Part shown: piece after piece, positions 10,217-18,155 of the stretch
How the letters are laid out: every line of letters begins with the position of its first letter
Position numbering within the stretch: position 1 is the first letter of the stretch
Assembly (NCBI GenBank): GCA_963674595.2
Contig: CAXXFV010000015.1
Coordinates: 256,001-320,000 of the forward strand
Reading direction: 5' to 3'
From: a bacterium
GTDB taxonomy: Bacteria > Zhuqueibacterota > Zhuqueibacteria > Residuimicrobiales > Krinioviventaceae
Length of the DNA stretch: 64,000 bases
Program-made: the position numbers and the translations under genes
Notes under the pieces: model-generated
What the model was told of the DNA's origin: nothing
Database searches by the model: none
What the model saw: only the letters and a program-made list of their open reading frames with translations

Positions 10217-10245
10217 GCCTGATCTGTTTAAATGGCAGATCAGGC
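10217..10245. other. Intra-operon stem-loop without U-tail
   Basis: GCCTGATCTG...CAGATCAGGC. Confidence 0.45.
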
Positions 10246-10270
10246 TTGAATTATTAACATTGAGGTTTGT

Positions 10271-11077
10271 ATGTTCGAAATAGGTATTGTTTCTGATGAG
10301 ATAGCACTTGATATCCATGAAGCTGTCAGGATCGGCAAGGAACTCGGATTCAAAAAATATGAAATTCGTTGTGTGGGCAGCTATGAAAAACGGATTCCAT
10401 TTATTGACGATGACGATTTAAATTTCATTCGTAATCAGGTAAAATCCGGTGAAATGGAATTAACCGCTTTTTCTCCGGGCAGTTTTAAAATAAAACCTTC
10501 GGACACAAAGCAACTGGACCACCATCTCAATTCTATTTTACCAAAAACATTTGAGCTGGCTGCTGAGCTTGGTGTGGAAAAGATTATTAGTTTCAGCTTT
10601 ATTCGGGATGAAACGGATGAAGATAAGGTCGTTGAAATTTTACGTCAGGCCGGTGAACTGGCCGCCAAGTATGGACTTGTTTTTGCCGTTGAAAATGAAC
10701 CCGGATTTTATTGTGATACGTCTGAAAATACGGCAAGGATCCTTGAAAAGATTAATTTGAAAAATGTTGGCGCAAACTGGGACCCAGGTAACGCCAACAG
10801 TGCCGGTGAAATTGCCTATCCAAACGGCTATGAAACCCTCAAACCATATATTGTAAATCTACACATTAAAGATACGCTTTACGGACCAAAGTTGAAAAAC
10901 GAACTGATTTTTGACGGCGGTATTAATTGGGTGGGCCAATTAAATGCTGTTTATAAAGATAAAATTTTACCCTATGTGACTTTGGAAACCCATCTTGTTC
11001 CTTTGGAAGAGATGACCCGTGAGGACTTGAGGCGAATTTATATGATAATTGACATTATAAAAAAAATTAATTCGTAA
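10271..11077 (+). CDS. Sugar phosphate isomerase/epimerase (AP endonuclease 2 / xylose isomerase-like TIM barrel)
   Basis: GIVSDEI, VENE, WDPGN, HIKD and TLETH metal-binding motifs. Confidence 0.88.
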   Translation: MFEIGIVSDEIALDIHEAVRIGKELGFKKYEIRCVGSYEKRIPFIDDDDLNFIRNQVKSGEMELTAFSPGSFKIKPSDTKQLDHHLNSILPKTFELAAELGVEKIISFSFIRDETDEDKVVEILRQAGELAAKYGLVFAVENEPGFYCDTSENTARILEKINLKNVGANWDPGNANSAGEIAYPNGYETLKPYIVNLHIKDTLYGPKLKNELIFDGGINWVGQLNAVYKDKILPYVTLETHLVPLEEMTREDLRRIYMIIDIIKKINS

Positions 11078-11090
11078 CAGTGGAGTACAA

Positions 11091-12248
11091 ATGACTTCAA
11101 AAGAGCGTTTATTAGCAGCCATTAATAATGAAAAACCGGACCGTCTGCCTGTTACAACACATCATTTAATGGATCATTTTCTCAATACGTATATGGGTGG
11201 AATCCAATACCCCGAGTTTTTTGACCATTTTGGGTTAGACGCCATTACATGGACGGTTCCGACAAAGGCGGACGAGGCACAGGGATTTTATGCGGATCCG
11301 ACTGATAGTCGTACTGATTTTTTGTCAAGTAAACGGATTATATCCGACAACTGGCGTATCGAATCCGAAGAAATTGAGGACCCGCAATATAAAACGGTTC
11401 GATATAACATTATCACCCCAAAGGGTGTATTGACGACTGTTTTACAATCAAATGAATACACAACCTGGGTTCAGGAACATTTGATAAAAGAGAAAAACGA
11501 TATTGACCTCATTGAAGAGTTTGTTACCTATCCGCTGTGCGATGTAGAATCGGTAAACAAATCGGCACAGGAATTTGGTGAAAGGGGAATCATTCGCGGA
11601 CATATTTGCTGTTTTGAAATTTTTGGTCAGCCTGGCTGCTGGCAGGATGCCTCCTGTTTGATTGGAATTGAAAAACTGATTATGGCCGTTTATGATGATC
11701 CGGATTGGGTGCACAGCCTTTTAAAAATCCTTCAGAACAGAAAATTAAAATATATCGAATCGCTCAAAGGCGCCAGGTATGATATTCTGGAACTGGGCGG
11801 AGGTGATGCTTCTTCTACAGTCATCTCTCCAAAAATATTTGACGAATACGTTGCTCCTTATGATTCCGTATTGATTGAAGCAGCCCATAAAGCCGGACAA
11901 AAAATTGTTTACCACACCTGCGGCGGAATGATGCCGATTTTGGAAAATATTGTTTCCATGAATCCCGATGCAATGGAAACTTTTACACCCCCGGGAATGG
12001 GAGGTGATACCCGACTTGCAGAGGCAAAAGAACGGATTGGTGACAAGGTCGGTATGATCGGTGGTTTTGACCAGTTTCACTTTTTTAAAGATTGCACGCC
12101 CGAAGAAACCCGAAAGGCCGTTCGCACCTGTTTTGAACAAGCCGGTACAAATGGCGGTTATATCCTGTGTCCTTCTGATCACTTTTTTGACGCAGATCTG
12201 GAACTGATTGAGGCCTTTGCGGATGAAGCGCGGAAATGTGTTTATTAA
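11091..12248 (+). CDS. UroD/MtaA family protein
   Basis: MTSKER...PDRLP start, ISPKIFDEYVAPY, YHTCGG (HxC), MIGGFDQ, GGYILCPSDH. Confidence 0.88.
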   Translation: MTSKERLLAAINNEKPDRLPVTTHHLMDHFLNTYMGGIQYPEFFDHFGLDAITWTVPTKADEAQGFYADPTDSRTDFLSSKRIISDNWRIESEEIEDPQYKTVRYNIITPKGVLTTVLQSNEYTTWVQEHLIKEKNDIDLIEEFVTYPLCDVESVNKSAQEFGERGIIRGHICCFEIFGQPGCWQDASCLIGIEKLIMAVYDDPDWVHSLLKILQNRKLKYIESLKGARYDILELGGGDASSTVISPKIFDEYVAPYDSVLIEAAHKAGQKIVYHTCGGMMPILENIVSMNPDAMETFTPPGMGGDTRLAEAKERIGDKVGMIGGFDQFHFFKDCTPEETRKAVRTCFEQAGTNGGYILCPSDHFFDADLELIEAFADEARKCVY

Positions 12249-12280
12249 AATAAGTTTGACCTTTAAAGATTAGAAACCGG

Positions 12281-12320
12281 TTCCGGGAATTTGAAAATTT
12301 TAATTCCCGGAATTTCATTT
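12281..12320 (+). terminator. Stem-loop followed by T-rich tail (possible partial terminator)
   Basis: TTCCGGGAATT...AATTCCCGGAA followed by TTTCATTT. Confidence 0.4.
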
Positions 12321-12337
12321 TACAAGAGAAACCTAAA

Positions 12338-13363
12338 ATGACAAACGTTGAACGATTTAAAAAGCTGATGAATTTTGAGCCTGTTGATCGTCTGCCGATG
12401 GTGGAATGGGCCATGTGGTGGGACCAAACACTTGATCGCTGGTATAAGGAAGGTCTGCCTTTGGATTTAAAGGAAGAACATGAAATTCGTTCTTATTTCG
12501 GACTTGATTCCTACCGGCAGCTTTGGATTAATCCGATTATGCCGAATGCACCCAAGCCTGCTTTTCACGGAGCAAGTCTGGTAAAAAATCGGGAAGAATA
12601 TCTGGAGTTTAAAAAGTATCTGTATCCCAAACCTGCTTTTGATCAGAAATTAATTGAAACATGGGCAAAAGAGCATGAAGCTGGTGAAACGGTCATCTGG
12701 ATTACGCTGGAAGGTTTCTTTTGGGTACCCAGAGATTTGTTCGGCATTGAAGGGCATATTTACGCCTTTTATGATCATCCTGAATTAATGCATGAAATGA
12801 ACCAGGATGCTTTGGAATTTAATTTGAGAGCGCTTGAAGAATTTTGCAAAATTGTCAAGCCGGATTTTATGACCTTTGCCGAAGACATGTCCTACAATCA
12901 TGGCCCAATGCTTTCCAAAGAAAGTTTTGATGAATTTTTGGCACCCTATTATAAACAGCTTATACCGGAATTGAAAAAAAATGGTGTTGTACCGTTTATC
13001 GATTCCGATGGTGATATTTCAAAACTTATTCCCTGGCTGCTTGAAGTGGGTATGGAAGGAATTTTACCCCTGGAGCGTATGGCCGGTGTTGATGTCAACC
13101 AGTTGCGTAAAGACCACCCGACTTATAAATTTATCGGCGCTTTTGACAAGACTGTTATGCACCTTGGAGAAGAAGCAGTTCGAAACGAATTTGAACGAAT
13201 TTTCCCGGTTATGAAACAGGGAGGATTCATTCCCTCTGTCGATCACCAAACGCCTCCGGGTGTTTCTTTGGAACAGTACAGGCAGTATCTTGTTATACTA
13301 GAAGAATATTGTGAAAAAGCGGCTAAAGAGTTTACCGGAATTCTACATGACAATTCGAGATAA
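12338..13363 (+). CDS. UroD/MtaA family protein
   Basis: MTNVERF...PVDRLP, FAEDMSYNHGPMLS, IDSDGD in place of HxC, FIGAFDK, GGFIPSVDHQTPP. Confidence 0.88.
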   Translation: MTNVERFKKLMNFEPVDRLPMVEWAMWWDQTLDRWYKEGLPLDLKEEHEIRSYFGLDSYRQLWINPIMPNAPKPAFHGASLVKNREEYLEFKKYLYPKPAFDQKLIETWAKEHEAGETVIWITLEGFFWVPRDLFGIEGHIYAFYDHPELMHEMNQDALEFNLRALEEFCKIVKPDFMTFAEDMSYNHGPMLSKESFDEFLAPYYKQLIPELKKNGVVPFIDSDGDISKLIPWLLEVGMEGILPLERMAGVDVNQLRKDHPTYKFIGAFDKTVMHLGEEAVRNEFERIFPVMKQGGFIPSVDHQTPPGVSLEQYRQYLVILEEYCEKAAKEFTGILHDNSR

Positions 13364-14519
13364 AAATATTGATCTGGGCTGGTTTGAGCGCCATATTTTA
13401 ACGGATATTTTACCGGTTTGGCTGCATCATTCACCAACATCGAATGGTTTTTTTTTATCGCATTTCGATGAACATTTTAAATTAATGAATGACAATACCG
13501 GGACGCTTGTTTCGCAAAGCCGGATGATTTATAATTTTTGTATGGGCTATAATTTAACAGGGGACCCCTCTTATTATATGGGTGCTGTTAAAGGGGCTGA
13601 TTTCCTGATAAATAATTTTTATGATAAAAAGTACGGCGGATATTTTTTTTCCTGTGATTCAGATGGAAATGTTATTGATGAACTGAAATTCAGTTATGGT
13701 CAGGTTTTTGTTATTTTTGGACTGGCCCATATTTGTCGATTAACAGGTGAACAGAAATATAAACAGGCTGCAATACAAGCGCTGGATGAGTTGGATAAAT
13801 TTTTTGGTGATGAATTCGGCGGGCTGTATTGGTATATGTCACGGGATTTTAAACCTACTTGTGATTTTAAATCACAAAATTCTCTGATGCATCTTTATGA
13901 AGCCTTATTGGTTCTGGCAGAATTGGACGGCATGTCTTATATACTGGAAAAAGCGCAAACCGTGGCTGAATTTGTATTAAAACTTTCAAGACCGTCATCA
14001 GGTCTGCTGCCGGAGCTGTTTGATGTTGAATGGAAAGAAAAATTCGACGCACCGAATTCACGAATTGATATTGGTCACGCTTTTGAATGGGCCTATCTTT
14101 TATCAGCAGGAGTGGAACGCGGTTTACCGGACCGGTTTTTAACCCATGCTGAAAACTTTTTGGAATACGGAATTGAACTGGGATATGATTCGGAGCAGGG
14201 AGGTATTTATTCGCCAGCCGAACCAAAAACATTAAATGTTGTACAAACTAAAAACTGGTGGGAGCAAACTGAAGCTATTCGGGCCATGTTGAATTTTTAT
14301 TTTTCAAGAGAGCACAAAGAATTGTTTGAACCATTGTCCCGGACTATTGATTTTGTAAAAAACCAAATGATTGATCCGAGAAATGGGGGATGGTTTAGTA
14401 AAATTGATGATAAAAATGATCAGCATCTTCAACTAAAAGGTTTCCCGGGAAAAAATTATTATCACATTATGGGTATGGCTATGGAAGCCATTAGAATTAA
14501 AAAGATTGTTTCAAACTGA
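13347..14519 (+). CDS. AGE family (N-acylglucosamine/cellobiose 2-epimerase) epimerase/isomerase
   Basis: QSRMIY, YGQVF, QNSLMHLYEA, IGHAFEWAYL, WWEQTEA and YH motifs. Confidence 0.9.
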   Translation: MTIRDKNIDLGWFERHILTDILPVWLHHSPTSNGFFLSHFDEHFKLMNDNTGTLVSQSRMIYNFCMGYNLTGDPSYYMGAVKGADFLINNFYDKKYGGYFFSCDSDGNVIDELKFSYGQVFVIFGLAHICRLTGEQKYKQAAIQALDELDKFFGDEFGGLYWYMSRDFKPTCDFKSQNSLMHLYEALLVLAELDGMSYILEKAQTVAEFVLKLSRPSSGLLPELFDVEWKEKFDAPNSRIDIGHAFEWAYLLSAGVERGLPDRFLTHAENFLEYGIELGYDSEQGGIYSPAEPKTLNVVQTKNWWEQTEAIRAMLNFYFSREHKELFEPLSRTIDFVKNQMIDPRNGGWFSKIDDKNDQHLQLKGFPGKNYYHIMGMAMEAIRIKKIVSN

Positions 14520-14569
14520 CTTGGAATAAATCAAATAAATTATTGTTTACTTGACAAAAAGGAGTAAGC

Positions 14570-15595
14570 ATGATACCTTTACAACATATACCTAAAAAAC
14601 CTGAAATACTGACGACAACCGTTGGTTCCTATCCTGTCCCTGATTGGCTGACAGCTTTTCCGAGTGAGCAGGCCGTTATGGATGCCACCCGGGTCATATT
14701 TGATATTCAGCGCCAGGCCGGCATTGATGTTATAACAGACGGAGAGTTATCCCGATTTGATACGAACCATCCGGATACAAATGGCATGATTGATTATTTC
14801 ATTCGTCCGCTAAAAGGTGTTCGTACTGAGGTTGGCCGGAAAGACTGGCTGGATTTTCAAAAAACAAAAACAATGTCGTTTCGTGCAAAACCGGCCGGTG
14901 TTGTTGAAAAGGCATTGGGAGAAGGCGGACTTAATTTAGTACATGATGCAGCCAGGGCTGTTGATGTTGCCGCTGCGCCGTTTAAATTTACCGTCACAAG
15001 TCCTTATATGCTGGCCCGTACATTACTGGATCGATATTATAATGATTTTGAAATTTTAACAATTGAACTTGCCAGAATAATGGCCATGCAGGTTGAAAAT
15101 TTACCGGTTGCCTGTGTGCAAATAGACGAAGCAAATATTCCGGGTAATCCTAAAGACTGGATATTGGCATCAAAATCTATAAACATTATTTTGGATAAAA
15201 TTTCCGTTGAAAAATCAGTCCATTTGTGTTTTGGAAACTATGGCGGCCAGATTATTCAGGAAGGAACATGGAAAACGTTGATTGATTTTATTAACTCTTT
15301 ATATGTCGATCACGTTATTCTGGAATTAGCACACCGACCGGAAGAGGATTTGGATGCCCTTGTGGATATTCGTAAGGAAATTGCTCTTGGGATTGGCGTT
15401 GTGGATATTAAAGTCAACCATGTTGAAACACCGGACGAAATTGCCTTTAGCATTGATAAAGCTGCTAAAAAATTAGGACCGGACCGGATTCGTTGGATAC
15501 ATCCTGATTGCGGTTTCTGGATGTTAAAGCGCAGTATAGCGGACCGAAAGATGGAAGCATTGGTCCGGGGACGAGATAAATATTTATCAGTATAA
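14570..15595 (+). CDS. Core (single-barrel) cobalamin-independent methionine synthase family protein
   Basis: TTTVGSYPVP, ITDGE, QIDEA, HLCFGN, LE, GVVD and HPDCG zinc motifs. At 341 aa it lacks the N-terminal folate-binding barrel. Confidence 0.88.
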   Translation: MIPLQHIPKKPEILTTTVGSYPVPDWLTAFPSEQAVMDATRVIFDIQRQAGIDVITDGELSRFDTNHPDTNGMIDYFIRPLKGVRTEVGRKDWLDFQKTKTMSFRAKPAGVVEKALGEGGLNLVHDAARAVDVAAAPFKFTVTSPYMLARTLLDRYYNDFEILTIELARIMAMQVENLPVACVQIDEANIPGNPKDWILASKSINIILDKISVEKSVHLCFGNYGGQIIQEGTWKTLIDFINSLYVDHVILELAHRPEEDLDALVDIRKEIALGIGVVDIKVNHVETPDEIAFSIDKAAKKLGPDRIRWIHPDCGFWMLKRSIADRKMEALVRGRDKYLSV

Positions 15596-15597
15596 TG

Positions 15598-15625
15598 AAA
15601 AGCCGGTGTTAAAACCGGCTTTTTT
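15598..15625. terminator. Bidirectional intrinsic terminator
   Basis: AAAAGCCGGT-gttaaa-ACCGGCTTTTTT between convergent genes. Confidence 0.8.
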
Positions 15626-16268
15626 AATAAATAGGCAGCAGAACAAAAATAAGGGGATCCCATAACATGTGGGATAAAATAATGGGGAAAAGAGATTTTG
15701 TCTTCCAGTATAATGCTCCCCAAAACAATCCGCAGACAAAAGCCGCTAAAATCAATATGGGATTCAATGTGGGGACATGAACGGCTGTGTAAATTAATGT
15801 TGTAAGGACAAATCCGTAAAACGGGGAAAATTTACCGGACAGCTCTTTTTGAATAAAACCTCTCCAGAAAAATTCTTCACCAAAACCAATAGGAAAAAAC
15901 AGTAAGGCACTAATGATCCATGGACTCAGGTTTCCACGGTTTCCGTATATGCTGTCCAAATGTCCCATACGGTTTGATAAAATTTGAGGGAACAGGTTTG
16001 AGAAAATGACAAGTAATTTATTTCCAACCCAAAAGACTAAATATAACGCCAGTGCATATATCAAACCAAGCAGAATGCTTTTTAAAAGTTTGTCTGTTTT
16101 TATGGATGGTTTGCCAAATACAAAAGCAATTATTGATAGAATTAAAGTATTGGCGCTCATCATCATCCAAAAGTTAAACGGATGAATGACAAAAGTGATG
16201 AACCACAATACTGTTGTCAATACAATACTTGTCCATAAAATACGGGTGTTGTTTTTTGATTTTATCAT
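15624..16268 (-). CDS. CPBP (CAAX/Abi) family intramembrane metalloprotease
   Basis: EEFFWRG, YTAVH and SHMLWD motifs; hydrophobic. Confidence 0.9.
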   Translation of the reverse strand: MIKSKNNTRILWTSIVLTTVLWFITFVIHPFNFWMMMSANTLILSIIAFVFGKPSIKTDKLLKSILLGLIYALALYLVFWVGNKLLVIFSNLFPQILSNRMGHLDSIYGNRGNLSPWIISALLFFPIGFGEEFFWRGFIQKELSGKFSPFYGFVLTTLIYTAVHVPTLNPILILAAFVCGLFWGALYWKTKSLFPIILSHMLWDPLIFVLLPIY

Positions 16269-16271
16269 TAA

Positions 16272-17189
16272 TTAAGCGACAATAAAATGTTGGACCAGTA
16301 ACGCCACAATAAACAAAACACCATAGGCGGAATGCAACTGGGCCGTTGCCGCATCAATCATAACGAATTGTTTCGGATCGATTTTATCTTTATTGTGGAC
16401 AATTTTTGCAACTTTGATCGCTAACGGCAGCGAAAGGATCGTTACCAGTGTTACAGCGGGCATACCGGCCAGCAGCACCAACAGGACCGTTAAAATATAA
16501 GCCCCAAATACCAGAAAATAATACATTTTTTTAGAACCACTTTCACCGATAGCCATTGCCAGTGTGGTAATTTTTACCTTTTTGTCATTTTCAATGTCTC
16601 TCAGGTTATTACTGTGTAGAACAGCATCGACCAGTAATGCCAGTGGTAAAGCATATAAAACCGGTGACCATGAAAGCTGGGATGTTTGTACAAAATAGGC
16701 GCCCAGGGTCATGGCTGATCCGAATGATACAAATACAGCAATATCTCCCAAAGCATGGTATTTGAACTGGATAGGCCCGGCCGTATAAAAAACGGCAAAA
16801 ATAGCGCCGATTGCAATAATCCAAAGCAGCGTCATACTGTTTGGAATTGTTAATAAAAAGTATAATCCTATTAATCCGGAAATTCCAAATGCTATCCAGG
16901 CGCCTCTTAATACCTGTTTGGGGGTTAACAGTTTTTCCACCAAAACACCGCTTGAGCCGAATGTTCCTTCACGGTCCACTCTTTTTCGATAATCGTAATA
17001 ATCTGATATTAAATTAGAACCAATATGTGCGATAACACACCCTAAAAGGGCCAGTATAAAATAAAACCAGTTGAATTTTAATGAAGGCTGATCAATCGCT
17101 GCCAAGATGCCTCCCAAAACAGGGGGAATAATACTCACCGTTAATGAGAATGGGCGAGCGCCTTGCCACCATATTGCAGTTTTTGTCAC
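16272..17189 (-). CDS. menA: 1,4-dihydroxy-2-naphthoate polyprenyltransferase (UbiA family)
   Basis: ARPFSL, NLISDYYDY.KRVD, YTAGP..FKY.ALGD and NNLRDIEND...KITTLA. Confidence 0.85.
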   Translation of the reverse strand: MTKTAIWWQGARPFSLTVSIIPPVLGGILAAIDQPSLKFNWFYFILALLGCVIAHIGSNLISDYYDYRKRVDREGTFGSSGVLVEKLLTPKQVLRGAWIAFGISGLIGLYFLLTIPNSMTLLWIIAIGAIFAVFYTAGPIQFKYHALGDIAVFVSFGSAMTLGAYFVQTSQLSWSPVLYALPLALLVDAVLHSNNLRDIENDKKVKITTLAMAIGESGSKKMYYFLVFGAYILTVLLVLLAGMPAVTLVTILSLPLAIKVAKIVHNKDKIDPKQFVMIDAATAQLHSAYGVLFIVALLVQHFIVA

Positions 17190-17923
17190 AATATTCCTCC
17201 GTTATTTTTCGTTTTTTCTGCTATAATTAAATGCACAAGACCAAAGAAAAAGGATTGTGTTTCTATTGTTTTAAATTGACATTCATTTAACAGTGTCGAA
17301 AATTCTTCAGGTGTCTTGAACCGCACAATGGATGAAAACAAATACTTGTACGGCCAAATTTGCCCTGTCAGCAAAAAGCCCAAAAGAGGGAATAACGTTT
17401 TTTTATAAATTTTTAACAGCCGGTCAGCAATTTTTGTTTTGGGCTGGAAAAATTCCAGTGCATAAATACGGCCGTTATCGTTTAAAAGACGGTAGAGTTC
17501 TTTAAAATCGTCTTTCAGGTGGGTAAAATTTCGAAAACCAAATGCGCAGATAACTGCGTCAAAAGAGGCATTCGGAAAGGCAAGCCGACTAACAGTGTTT
17601 ACCAGTGAAATTGAATTTTGATGATTTTGTTCTAGTTTTTCTTTACCGATAAACAACATTTCTCTGCTTGGGTCCGTACCGATAATTTTTACGTTTGTGC
17701 ATATTCGTCCGATAGTTATGGCCATATCACCTGTTCCTGTTGCCAAATCCAGAACAAATGTTTTGGATTTACGGGTAGACAAAAAAGATTTCAGGTGTTT
17801 GGCTGTTGCCTTTCTCCAGCGAATATCCTGACCGGCACTGGCAAGATGATTGAACCGGTCATAACCTTGCACCATTGCGCCTTTAAATTCAAAAAAAGTA
17901 TGTTTTTTCATTCTGTTTGTCAT
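17186..17923 (-). CDS. ubiE: UbiE/MenG demethylmenaquinone methyltransferase
   Basis: YDRFNHL.S.GQD.RWR, LDLATGTGD and AFGFRN motifs; stop overlaps the menA start. Confidence 0.85.
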   Translation of the reverse strand: MTNRMKKHTFFEFKGAMVQGYDRFNHLASAGQDIRWRKATAKHLKSFLSTRKSKTFVLDLATGTGDMAITIGRICTNVKIIGTDPSREMLFIGKEKLEQNHQNSISLVNTVSRLAFPNASFDAVICAFGFRNFTHLKDDFKELYRLLNDNGRIYALEFFQPKTKIADRLLKIYKKTLFPLLGFLLTGQIWPYKYLFSSIVRFKTPEEFSTLLNECQFKTIETQSFFFGLVHLIIAEKTKNNGGIL

Positions 17924-18155
17924 GATTTTTATATAACCGAATATAAAATATATTTATTTCATTGTGAATATAATGAAATATAGTGATAGAAAAAAGCAAA
18001 GTCCGTTTCCCGGAAAAATTTATTTATTGATACGGGTATATAGGATGGTATAAAACAGATATTCGTTGTGATTAAATATCCTGGTGCAGTTTTTTTTATG
18101 TTTATTTGGTCGTAAATTAGAATATTTGCTGAAAGGTCTATTGGGATTGACGATT

